Of a DNA stretch of 64,000 nt, positions 1-9,149 are shown one piece after another; the stretch's first letter is position 1; every line of letters begins with the position of its first letter. The notes under the pieces are model-generated. The model was not told where the DNA came from. It was given only the letters and a program-made list of their open reading frames with translations, and did no database searches. Source of the DNA: a virus; the IMG/VR virus record IMGVR_UViG_3300044846_003365, positions 1-64,000 of that record; one strand, given 5' to 3'. The translations under genes and the position numbers were made by a program.

Positions 1-1011
1 GACAAAACCGTTAATGTTTTTTTCCAAGAAGTTAGAAAAGTAAGTTGTAGCTAGCTTGTCTGCTTTTCTTTGGTTAAGTACCGCTTCTGCTAAAGCTTTG
101 ACTTCTGAAGAGCCATCACGAACTAGCATTTTAAGCTGGTCTTTGGAAGCAGACTTTTGACCAGAAGGAGTGGTCTCCGTAATGTTAGCGCCCATTGCCT
201 CGAAACGGCGAACTAGTTGAATATTACTGGTAATGGAAATTCCATGGGACTCTTTACCCCAAGCCTTAACTCTCTCACCGTAGTCGTTTAGCTGGTCATA
301 CTTTTTCTGAGAATATTCCAAGTCAATTTTGGCACCATTTAGCTCCATGCTAGTAACTATTTTTCTGGTAGCCATTTCTAGCTCATAAGGAATGCTATAA
401 GTTTTTCCCGGACCACACTGCTCCCAAAACTGCTCCCAAAGTCGCATAGTGAGAACTGTGTCCAAAGCACCATAGGCCCAATAAGGCTCAAAGTTAGTCG
501 GGACAGTTCCCCAAGTCCAACCGTTTTCGGCTAAGGAAGCGTCTAAGTGTGACTGGAGTGCTGCAGCCTGTGGGTCGACATACTGCTGAGTAAGTTTCTT
601 AAGTGCGCCAGAACCTAGAGGGTCAATAATCTGAGCCATAATCATGGTGTCGTGAGCTCTTTGCCAAGGCATTCTCCAATTTGATTGGATGTCAAACCAC
701 TTAGCTTCAAAGGCAATGTTGTGACAAACAATAGGACCATCAAATCTGTTCATGGCCTCATAAAAAACTCCAGACCATTCTTTCCAAGGAATTGACCAAC
801 CAGTCATTCCGTCTCCAACTTGTACAAGCCTGATTTGACCACGCCAAGGGGATAGGGCGTCAGCTCTAGGATTGCCTAGTAGCTCGCCAGTTTCAATGTC
901 TACAGCTATGGCGTTGTGTGGGCGACGCTCTCCAAGCCAAGTAATAAATTGATTAGCTTTTTCTATTGAATCAACCAGATTTAGTTGAACGTCAGATAGT
1001 CCAGATGTCAT
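1..1011 (-). CDS. DNA polymerase family A, N-terminal 3'-5' exonuclease region (runs off the window edge)
   Basis: Manual translation from ATG at 1011 (AAGGA RBS): MTSGLSDVQLNLV...AVDIETG (ExoI DxE)...HNIAFEAKWF (ExoII)...YGALDT (ExoIII)...ELEM...MELNGAKID. Open to position 1. Not in the ORF track. Confidence 0.9.
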   Translation of the reverse strand, partial: MTSGLSDVQLNLVDSIEKANQFITWLGERRPHNAIAVDIETGELLGNPRADALSPWRGQIRLVQVGDGMTGWSIPWKEWSGVFYEAMNRFDGPIVCHNIAFEAKWFDIQSNWRMPWQRAHDTMIMAQIIDPLGSGALKKLTQQYVDPQAAALQSHLDASLAENGWTWGTVPTNFEPYWAYGALDTVLTMRLWEQFWEQCGPGKTYSIPYELEMATRKIVTSMELNGAKIDLEYSQKKYDQLNDYGERVKAWGKESHGISITSNIQLVRRFEAMGANITETTPSGQKSASKDQLKMLVRDGSSEVKALAEAVLNQRKADKLATTYFSNFLEKNINGFV

Positions 1012-1059
1012 AATCGTCCTTAATTGTCATTTACTATTTTACACTTTTGTGGAAAAAAG

Positions 1060-1368
1060 TCAACCTAAAGGAGGGTCTACATCTCCTTCATCTTCTGGGT
1101 AGTCGTCTTCGTCGTTAAAATCTGCGGAATTCGGGTCAAAGTCAAAGTCTTCTAGTATCTCAATGTTTCCAAAACCAAAGCTAGTATCTGGCCTAAACAT
1201 TATACCTGAAGAGAGCATAAATCCAACTATTTGAATAGCATCTTGGTGGCTAAAACCAGAAAGCTTTAGCTCTGTAAAGATTTCGTGTACTTGAATTGCT
1301 GTAACGCTAAGCGGGCTTATGTCAGCGTCGGTGGAGGCCAAGTTAGGTGTCTCTTCAGGGGTTTCCAT
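1060..1368 (-). CDS. Hypothetical protein with acidic C-terminus
   Basis: 102-aa ORF, GGAGG RBS, in operon context. Confidence 0.7.
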   Translation of the reverse strand: METPEETPNLASTDADISPLSVTAIQVHEIFTELKLSGFSHQDAIQIVGFMLSSGIMFRPDTSFGFGNIEILEDFDFDPNSADFNDEDDYPEDEGDVDPPLG

Positions 1369-1389
1369 GAGCCTCCAATTTAACTTTTA

Positions 1390-1860
1390 TTAAGGTATTA
1401 GTTCTATTTTATACACAGATTCAATATCTGAGTCCTCTTGAGAGGACGTTTCTAAAAGTCTTTGAGCAACGTTGGTAAGGTATCTAGCACCACCACTGTC
1501 GTATTTGTATAGTGCTTCTAGTACAGCCTGAGGCTCCTCTGAAACTTGTGCCCAATAGCGGTGCTTTTCTGGAAAGACTAGAGCCACTTCTTCAGAAGGT
1601 TCGCACTGCTCGCAAGGAAGAGAGTGAGTGTCGATTTCTTTGAAAGCTATTTCTTGAAGGTTGTAGCGTTTTACCAAAGGACAAGCAGCACCATGAAAGA
1701 CTAGGGAAACGCCAATACGTGAAAGTATGAAGGAACCACTTTCGGTTCTGTAGAGCTTAAACTCAATCCAGCGGGTAGAGTCACGCCTTCTTGAGGTGGA
1801 CTCACCCAACAGACGTCCTTCAAACTGGAGGGTTCTTGCCCCGTCTTTTACTTCATACAT
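1390..1860 (-). CDS. Hypothetical phage protein (Cys/His motifs, possible Zn site)
   Basis: 156-aa ORF with H..C and CEQC, tightly packed after the tail fibre gene. Confidence 0.75.
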   Translation of the reverse strand: MYEVKDGARTLQFEGRLLGESTSRRRDSTRWIEFKLYRTESGSFILSRIGVSLVFHGAACPLVKRYNLQEIAFKEIDTHSLPCEQCEPSEEVALVFPEKHRYWAQVSEEPQAVLEALYKYDSGGARYLTNVAQRLLETSSQEDSDIESVYKIELIP

Positions 1861-1864
1861 TATT

Positions 1865-3082
1865 CTAGCTTAACCTATCTTCTAAAGCCTTTAGACGGTC
1901 TTCTAAAGATTGAATTTTTTCCTGCTGATGTTTTAGAACTGGAATAACTGCAGCCACTAGTCTGTCATAAGATATGCTTTGAACTTCTCCCTCAAAATTA
2001 TATTCAACAAATTCTTCAAGGCCAGCTTCTAATAAATCTTCGGCTATAAATCCAGGTATTCTACGTAAATTTTCATAAGAATTGCTGTTATTTTCATATT
2101 CAGATTTATCAACCCAAGTCTTGGGCTGAAGATTTAATATATTTAACCCAGTATTTAACGATTGCTGGTCCAACTTATATTTAGCTGCAGAACTTACTAA
2201 ATGAAGAACATAAAAATTAGCAGCAGCAGCTATGTACCTAGTGTTAGCTGCAGAACCAGTAGTGGGGGGGCCGAGCGCCTGAATTTGTCCGTTTTCAGAT
2301 GTAACCGAAGTCCCAGCTCTTAAGCTTAGGGTAGTTGTCAAGTTGTTTACGGTGTAGTTTTCGGACTCGTCTAACTCGCTTGCGCCAACAGCGTTTGCAG
2401 CAATATTACCCGAAGTAATTGTTTGGGAGCCAATCATAGAGCCAGTAATGGTTGGGATTCTGCCGGTACCAAAAGTTCCAGATGTAATTTTGTCTGCATC
2501 TAAGCTTGGAATTCGTGCATCTGCAAAAGTTCCAGATGTAATCTTTCCAGCGTCTAAGTTTGGAATCTTGTCAGCCGTTAGGCTTGGAATTCGTGCGTCA
2601 TCAAAAGTTCCAGATGTAATCTTTCCAGCGTCTAAGTTTGGAACGTCTGAGGCAGCAATAGTTGAAGTTGTAAAAGCAGTGTTTCCAGAAGCTTTAACAA
2701 ACCCAGCACTAAAAGTTACGGCACCAGTTCCACCCTTATTAACTGGTAGTGTGCTGGTGATAACGGTAGTGCTTGATAGGTTTACAGAGTTTTGAGCTAG
2801 TTTTTCAGCGGTTATAGATGCATCAACTATTTTAGGTGTTGTTACAGCACCGTCTTCTATGTTGCCTGTTCTAATTGCATCAGGTGCAATTTTTTCATTG
2901 GTAACAGAACCCTTGTCTAGGTTGGCTGCTGTAATAGTAGCGGTTCTAATTTGAACAGAAGTAACGCTATTTTCAGCTATCTTTCTAGGGGCTGGGCGCT
3001 TGCCAATCTGACTGATTCTAGCGTTAACTTGGGAAATGTTACTGTTAAGGCTGTTTTTAGCTCTGTATCTTCTACTCGCCAC
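1865..3082 (-). CDS. Tail fibre with C-terminal intramolecular chaperone (peptidase S74-like)
   Basis: VTxxKI repeats and IPxLDAxKITSGTF repeats, then SSAAKYK...GFIAEDL...YDRL and a terminal coiled coil. Confidence 0.85.
   Translation of the reverse strand: MASRRYRAKNSLNSNISQVNARISQIGKRPAPRKIAENSVTSVQIRTATITAANLDKGSVTNEKIAPDAIRTGNIEDGAVTTPKIVDASITAEKLAQNSVNLSSTTVITSTLPVNKGGTGAVTFSAGFVKASGNTAFTTSTIAASDVPNLDAGKITSGTFDDARIPSLTADKIPNLDAGKITSGTFADARIPSLDADKITSGTFGTGRIPTITGSMIGSQTITSGNIAANAVGASELDESENYTVNNLTTTLSLRAGTSVTSENGQIQALGPPTTGSAANTRYIAAAANFYVLHLVSSAAKYKLDQQSLNTGLNILNLQPKTWVDKSEYENNSNSYENLRRIPGFIAEDLLEAGLEEFVEYNFEGEVQSISYDRLVAAVIPVLKHQQEKIQSLEDRLKALEDRLS
2440..2650 (-). repeat. Intragenic tandem repeats encoding (I/V)P(N/S)LDAxKITSGTFxxxR
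   Basis: aaaagttccagatgtaat(c/t)ttt recurs three times on the + strand near 2471, 2525 and 2603. Confidence 0.85.
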
Positions 3083-6000
3083 GTTTGTCCACCTGCCATT
3101 CTGGAATTAGTTGTAAATTAATTTTTTCTGGGAAAGTTACTGAGTCAGGGACTTCGACAGAGAAAGAGTTAATCTTTCTTAAAATAACTTTTTCTCCTAC
3201 GCTGTCAAATCTAGGTTCGAGGTTGCTAGAAAGACGCTGGTTAATAAAGTCATCATTAATAATCAGTGAGCACCAATCACCTGGAGCATAAGTGCCAACT
3301 ACTGGCTGTACAGAACCATTTACAGAAAGAGAGAACTTGCCGTCTGGTGGTCTGCTTTCTTGCAAGTATCTTTCTGCGTAGCTATACAAAGTTTCGCCAT
3401 CAGAAAAATCTTCAGTAGCTTCATCGTCATCAAGAAGTGGCCATCTTTTTTGAGCGTCTGGCTCGTTTAACAAAGAGGTGTCAGTAGCAGCAGCGTAAGG
3501 CTGGCTAATGTCATCTCCTAGGTCACCAATGTTTCCAACCATAAAGAACCTAGTAGCTGAGTTTTCAGCCGACTCTTCTAGTTGCAGGTCGCTAACGTTT
3601 CCTGGGAACTCAAAGACCAGTCTGTCTGCTCCGTAGTAGGAAAGTGGGACAGTTTCGCCTGTAGGCAAGACTCCGCCAGGCAAACTAGCAATGTAGTTTT
3701 TAACGGCAGTTGGCAATATTGGAAGCAAGACAAGTTCTCTTCTAAAAATACCAGTATCTGCGTCAATATAGCAGTCAACTCTGTACTCAAATCCGTCAAT
3801 AATGTCGGAATACTTATCTAACTCTTCACCAATGTTACGTAGCTCAAAGCCTCTAAATAGCAACGGGAAGACGTTGGTATCTGAGAATCCGTCAGTAGAA
3901 AAACCAAAGCCTAACTCTGAAGAATAAGTGTATGGTCCGTAAGTACCGTAAGAAATAGTGGCCTCTTGTAGAGCAGAAGCGTAGCCATAAATTGGGGTGC
4001 TACTGGCAAGCTGAACAGCATCGGTTACGTTATAAGTCAGTGTTTTAAGAGTTGGGTTAGCAGTTGCAACAGTATAAGTTCCAGCAATCGGGCTATCAGA
4101 TGAAGCCGTACCATTAGGAATAGCGTCTGCCTCAACTACTGTCCTAGTGGAGGCTGTTGCAACCGAAACTGTGTTAGAAGTTACGGCAACAATGTTGCAG
4201 TTAGTGACGTTAAATTCGGCACTGTAAATAGTTGCCAAACCACCTACAGCCACTGTTTGGCTAGCTACTGCAACGTTGTAAGTAACTCCAGTTTTTGGAT
4301 AGGAGAACTGGGTACTACTAACCACAGTTGCAATAGCATTTTGAACGTTAAAGATTCCGTTTTGCTCTACAATCTCAGCGGTAGTGGTTGTAGAAAGAGT
4401 AGTCAGAGGTATGTCTTTATCAAGTCCAGTAGCGTTAAGCACTATGGTGTTTTGAGTTTTAGAGATAATGTCAGCGCCAGTATAAACTTTGTTTAGTGGG
4501 CTAGATGAGCCAGAAGCCGTTCCGCTAACACTACGAGCTCCGCCAGTATCAGAAGCAGAGGTAGAGGAGTAAGTAATAGTGTTGGTAGTTACGCTACTGA
4601 TGTTAAATGTTCCGTTGTAGCCACCTAGTGTCTTAGTTACAGTTCCAATGTTAGTTCCAGTAAATAGACCAGGCTCACCAGTTTGATAGGTGTAGTTTAT
4701 GGTAATAAAAGGTTCGTAAGACCCAGAGCCTTCTCCATAGACACCCATGTAGTTGTTTGGGTTAGCATCTGAAGCTGGAGTTGTGGGGGAGAAAAGACTA
4801 GTTGGGGTCTGTTGACCAACAATAATTCCTCTAGCACTTCCATTTAAGAAATACTGTCTCCAGTTAGTTGGTAGCTGAAGGCTTCTAGTTACAGTACCTG
4901 TCGCCCAGCCAGTCCAGTCTGGAGCTTCTGCTCCAGAAATGTGGGCAGGTGGGGCAGAAATAGCTAGGCTAGTTTGAGAGTGAATTCCTAGGAAAAGCGT
5001 AGAGTTTGACCAACCAACGCTAGGTCTCCTAGTCATTGTAAGGGTCATAGAGTCAATAGAAGTAACGTTCGCTAAAGTAACTCCAGTAGCTAGCTGGTTG
5101 GCAAAGTTTTGGAATCTAGCAGCTCCAGCCTCGGCACCAAAAGTGTTTGATGGATTTCCTTGGTACATAGTATTAAGTTGACCGTAGTCGGCAGCCGTGT
5201 TGACCGTGAGCCTACCTCTACCTTGGGATTGGAATTCCCAAGTCCAAGACTCCAAACAGTTCAACACTGTTGAAGCGGTTGCAGTAGAAGAAGCGGTTCC
5301 AGACGGATTATTGTACTTAAAAGTTCTAGCAGTTACTCCAGAAATTGTGGCAGTAGCGTTAAATGAAGTAGGAATGTTAAACGCACCAGCAATGTCAATA
5401 GAGTCGCCATTAGAGAACCCGTGGTCGGCAGAGGTAGTAACCGTAGTTACGTTATTTACTCTTTCCAATCTAGTGATAGTAAAGCTCCTAGAAGAGCTAA
5501 CCCCAGAAACAACAACACTACTGTTAACTAGGAATCCGTGAGCAACGTTAGTAGTGAGAGTCACATTTCCGCCAGTAGAAGTCAAAGAAGTTACACCAAC
5601 TGAGATTGAGGCCAAGTTTTTAATCTCGATGCTTCCAGAAGCACTATTGGACTGGATGTTGTGGCTAACATTAGTTGCACCATTCCCAGTATAAAAAACA
5701 GCAGTGTTAGTTGACTTGGTGTATTGGTATCTACCTATTCTGTATGAGTCAGATAGTCCTGTAACAGTCACTGTGTTTCCAGTTGTCAAGTTGTGGGCAG
5801 CTGAAGTAGTCACTGTGAAGGTAGCATTGCTACCAGTAAAGGTCATAGCCCTTTGACTGACCGCGGCGGTATCAGCCAAGCCAGTAACAGTCAGCCCCCT
5901 GCCAACCAAAAAGTTGTGAGTTGATTTTGTAGTATAAGTAATTCTGTTTCCAGAGACGGCTCGCTTGACTACAGTAGCGTAGTCTTTCATGTTAGAAATA

Positions 6001-7331
6001 GTTATGCTGTCACCTGGAGCGTAGTTTGCTGTTTCTCCAGTAGTAATAACAGCAGCCCTTTGAGTGAGAGTCTCTTGTCTAACTTCTTTTCTTGTTAAGA
6101 ACTGAGTAGGTTTACCAGATACGGTGGCGATTGGGGCAGAAAGAGAAAGCGGTAGCTTATTTAAAGAAGTATTGATTCTGTACTGAAAGGTATTTTCATC
6201 AATTGGGTTTACTGGTATTTGAAACTCGCCATCCAATAGCCTGCTAGATGAGTCGGGGGTATCTAGTCCCTCTACTTGAACGTAAGCGGTAGCGTATAAA
6301 TCGTGTGGCTCTACTGTTCTAACGGTAACAACTGATTCGTCAGGTGCTAAAGAATCTACTTGAAACTCTGAAATTCTGTAAAGGTCAGTTGCCACGTTTG
6401 CAGTAGCCAAGGTTCCGCTGACGTCTGACACAACTACTACGTTGCCATTTACACTTTCTACTTTCCTAAGTCCATCAATAATAGGGGAAACGTTTTTAAC
6501 TTGAATTTCTTGACCTGGAACTAAGTTAACAGTGTCATCAACAATTAAAGATGCAGTTCCGCCACTCACAGAGCGGACCAATACGTTAGCTGTCACAAAG
6601 TTAAAAGGCCTAATTTCAGAATTTGGAAACTCGATTCCAGCAAAATCGTCTTCCATAGCTGTAATTAAAATTCTTACAAAGTCATAGGTGTTTGTTCTGG
6701 CGTAAACAGTCGTATTAATGTAAGTTCCATTTGGAATAACTGGTGAGCCAGGTTTATCAGCATTAGATAAAGTAGTAAAAGTTGTTCTTGTAATTGGAGG
6801 AATTTCAGGGGGGCCGACGGCTGGAGTTAAGACTGTGTAGTATCCATCGTAAGCACTGTTGGAGATGTCTAGAAACGAGTATCTAACTGTAGAGTTGGGC
6901 TCTATTTCATAAGCAACCCCACTCTCTAAAGTGACATAAGCAAATCCATCTCTAACAACTAGGGTCGCCTCAAAAACTTGACCGAAAGTCTTCCAAATTC
7001 TTCTGTGGTGGAAGTAGCTAGTAAACTCAGAAGCATTGACGCTTAGGACTCTGTCATTAACGTTATAAGAGCGGGACCAAATAATTCCACCCCAAACGCA
7101 GACACCGTCTCTAACTATATAAAGTCCAGTTCTACCGGGCATAGTAGATTCATAAAGTTGAAGGTGAGCAGTCTCATCGCTAATTGAAATATTTCCAGAA
7201 AAAGCTCCAGCACCTTTTAGAGCACGCTCGTAAGAAACGCCCTTAAATGGGATTTCCGCAATAGGTTGATTGGTAACCAAATTTACGACAAAGTAACGGT
7301 ACTTAGCCGTAGTGTTGTCTTGGACTGCCAT
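3072..7331 (-). CDS. Large minor tail (hub/baseplate) protein with a nested beta-repeat insertion
   Basis: N-terminus YRYFVVNLV...IVRDGVCVWGGIIW and C-terminus GTYAPGDWC resemble actinophage siphovirus minor tail proteins. Follows Dit and tape measure. Confidence 0.8.
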   Translation of the reverse strand: MAVQDNTTAKYRYFVVNLVTNQPIAEIPFKGVSYERALKGAGAFSGNISISDETAHLQLYESTMPGRTGLYIVRDGVCVWGGIIWSRSYNVNDRVLSVNASEFTSYFHHRRIWKTFGQVFEATLVVRDGFAYVTLESGVAYEIEPNSTVRYSFLDISNSAYDGYYTVLTPAVGPPEIPPITRTTFTTLSNADKPGSPVIPNGTYINTTVYARTNTYDFVRILITAMEDDFAGIEFPNSEIRPFNFVTANVLVRSVSGGTASLIVDDTVNLVPGQEIQVKNVSPIIDGLRKVESVNGNVVVVSDVSGTLATANVATDLYRISEFQVDSLAPDESVVTVRTVEPHDLYATAYVQVEGLDTPDSSSRLLDGEFQIPVNPIDENTFQYRINTSLNKLPLSLSAPIATVSGKPTQFLTRKEVRQETLTQRAAVITTGETANYAPGDSITISNMKDYATVVKRAVSGNRITYTTKSTHNFLVGRGLTVTGLADTAAVSQRAMTFTGSNATFTVTTSAAHNLTTGNTVTVTGLSDSYRIGRYQYTKSTNTAVFYTGNGATNVSHNIQSNSASGSIEIKNLASISVGVTSLTSTGGNVTLTTNVAHGFLVNSSVVVSGVSSSRSFTITRLERVNNVTTVTTSADHGFSNGDSIDIAGAFNIPTSFNATATISGVTARTFKYNNPSGTASSTATASTVLNCLESWTWEFQSQGRGRLTVNTAADYGQLNTMYQGNPSNTFGAEAGAARFQNFANQLATGVTLANVTSIDSMTLTMTRRPSVGWSNSTLFLGIHSQTSLAISAPPAHISGAEAPDWTGWATGTVTRSLQLPTNWRQYFLNGSARGIIVGQQTPTSLFSPTTPASDANPNNYMGVYGEGSGSYEPFITINYTYQTGEPGLFTGTNIGTVTKTLGGYNGTFNISSVTTNTITYSSTSASDTGGARSVSGTASGSSSPLNKVYTGADIISKTQNTIVLNATGLDKDIPLTTLSTTTTAEIVEQNGIFNVQNAIATVVSSTQFSYPKTGVTYNVAVASQTVAVGGLATIYSAEFNVTNCNIVAVTSNTVSVATASTRTVVEADAIPNGTASSDSPIAGTYTVATANPTLKTLTYNVTDAVQLASSTPIYGYASALQEATISYGTYGPYTYSSELGFGFSTDGFSDTNVFPLLFRGFELRNIGEELDKYSDIIDGFEYRVDCYIDADTGIFRRELVLLPILPTAVKNYIASLPGGVLPTGETVPLSYYGADRLVFEFPGNVSDLQLEESAENSATRFFMVGNIGDLGDDISQPYAAATDTSLLNEPDAQKRWPLLDDDEATEDFSDGETLYSYAERYLQESRPPDGKFSLSVNGSVQPVVGTYAPGDWCSLIINDDFINQRLSSNLEPRFDSVGEKVILRKINSFSVEVPDSVTFPEKINLQLIPEWQVDKRGE

Positions 7332-7376
7332 CTTTTATACTTTCGTCATCTTACGTTATTTAAAACTAATTATAGT

Positions 7377-9149
7377 TTAACCTATCCAGCCAGACCTGTA
7401 GAGAACAATGATGTAGCCACCAGTAAGAGTAGGTGCCTCTGGCCTTCCAAAAGAAATAGAGTTAACGCCAGTTTCTAGATAGAACCAATCTGACAAGGTG
7501 TCCAAAAAGAACCTATATCCACTAGATTCTCCATTTAGGTAGACCTCTTGCCTATAAGTATCTATTTCTAGAATATCTTCAGTGTTTAGGCTGGCTCTTA
7601 CGTTAGTTCCAGTTGCTGAAGTTTTTGCAAAGTCAGCTAAATCTAAAGTAGGGCTTGTGTACTGAATGTAGTATTTATCACTCGGAGCCGTAGGGTCATT
7701 TACAACGTCTATAACTTGAATATCTGTTCCGTTAACTGAGCCACTGTCGTTAGTACTGTTTTCAATGTCTACAAAGTCGCCTATGGCTAGATTTGTCTCG
7801 GTAGCAAAAAATGCAGTTACAACGTCATCTTGCCTACTAAAGTGGGTGATTGTCTTAGTAGTGGTAGATTTGCTTCTCAAAGGCTGAGCCAATGAAATAA
7901 TAGAATCATTTGTAAGATTTGCTATGTATGTTCCAACCTCAGTGGGGCCGTGAACTTCAATTAATAGTGGTACTGGAGTGTTTCCAATGTTTTGAATAGG
8001 AAGGGACGCTTCTCCAACAGCGTCAACAGCAGCTAAATTTATTTGCTCAGATTTTCTTCCGTTTTCATCTCCACCTACCCATTCATATTTAATCGGGTCA
8101 GGGGCTCTGAGGGTCAGAGAGAATTCAGTTTTACCTCTAGGACTAACTGTGGTAATTTGAGGCCTATCAACTAACCTAACTAAAGAAGCTTTAGGTGGCT
8201 CTTCGTCTACAACTAAGTAGCCACTCTTTTTTACCAAATCTATGGCAACAACTAGTTTGTCTCTAGCAATTTCTACGTACTCTTTTGTGGGAGGGAAAAA
8301 TACCCCACTCAAGGAAATTTCTCTAGTTGCGTATCTCCCTCTAACATCGTAAGAACCGTCTCCTAGCCCCCTAGAAATGTCTGGAACTTCTGGCTCTGGC
8401 TGTCCCCACCAGCCCTCTAAGTCGGTACACACCCAAAGAATGCCGTCCTCATCTATGGTGTTAAATTGTAAGCCATTCAGGGTTATGTCAGCATTTAGTT
8501 CCATTCCAGTAATGTTTGGAAGTGGGACTGGGCGCATTACTGTATTGACAGAATTATTCTCTCTGTCTTGGGAAATAGACTCGAAGAAACTGTTTACGTA
8601 AGCGTTTTGTTCAAACATAATTGCATCTATTAGGTAATATCCTAAAGATGCTTCAGACTCTAATTGATAAATTTGAATTTCAGCAAAAGCAGCTGGATAC
8701 TCTGGCCTTTCAGGTAGAGCAAAAGGTGCAGTTCCAGTTGCTGAAATAGAAACAAATTTATTGTCAACTCCAAAAACGGTGGTATCACTATAAAAGGTCT
8801 GCAAAGGGACTTCAGCTTCTTCATCCTCAAACCAAAGAATTGCGCACCTAAAAGTTCTTGATTCTAGAAGATTTGAAATTTTGACAAAAGCAGATAAGGT
8901 GTATTCAAGTCCAGGTGTTACTGGCATCCTATAGCCGTCTTGTATGGTCAGCTCAGGGCCTTGACCAATGTTTTTAATACCGCAATCTACTTCACCTATT
9001 GGCAAAGAAACTTTCAATGAATATTCTCCAGATTTAGCATCTTCTGAAGTAACTTCTAGGGTGGAGTCTAGGTTGGTTTTTCGCCAAAAAGCTAAGCTTG
9101 CGCCCCTGAAACTTGGGTTTTTAATGTAGTTAATTCTTGTTGTCGTCAC
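7377..9149 (-). CDS. Distal tail (Dit)-like protein with N-terminal carbohydrate-binding-like module
   Basis: NYIKNPSF...LEYTLSAFVK...IDAIMFEQ (CBM-like), then LEGWWG...GDGSY...LRAPDPIKY...RSGWIG. Directly downstream of tape measure. Confidence 0.8.
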   Translation of the reverse strand: MTTTRINYIKNPSFRGASLAFWRKTNLDSTLEVTSEDAKSGEYSLKVSLPIGEVDCGIKNIGQGPELTIQDGYRMPVTPGLEYTLSAFVKISNLLESRTFRCAILWFEDEEAEVPLQTFYSDTTVFGVDNKFVSISATGTAPFALPERPEYPAAFAEIQIYQLESEASLGYYLIDAIMFEQNAYVNSFFESISQDRENNSVNTVMRPVPLPNITGMELNADITLNGLQFNTIDEDGILWVCTDLEGWWGQPEPEVPDISRGLGDGSYDVRGRYATREISLSGVFFPPTKEYVEIARDKLVVAIDLVKKSGYLVVDEEPPKASLVRLVDRPQITTVSPRGKTEFSLTLRAPDPIKYEWVGGDENGRKSEQINLAAVDAVGEASLPIQNIGNTPVPLLIEVHGPTEVGTYIANLTNDSIISLAQPLRSKSTTTKTITHFSRQDDVVTAFFATETNLAIGDFVDIENSTNDSGSVNGTDIQVIDVVNDPTAPSDKYYIQYTSPTLDLADFAKTSATGTNVRASLNTEDILEIDTYRQEVYLNGESSGYRFFLDTLSDWFYLETGVNSISFGRPEAPTLTGGYIIVLYRSGWIG

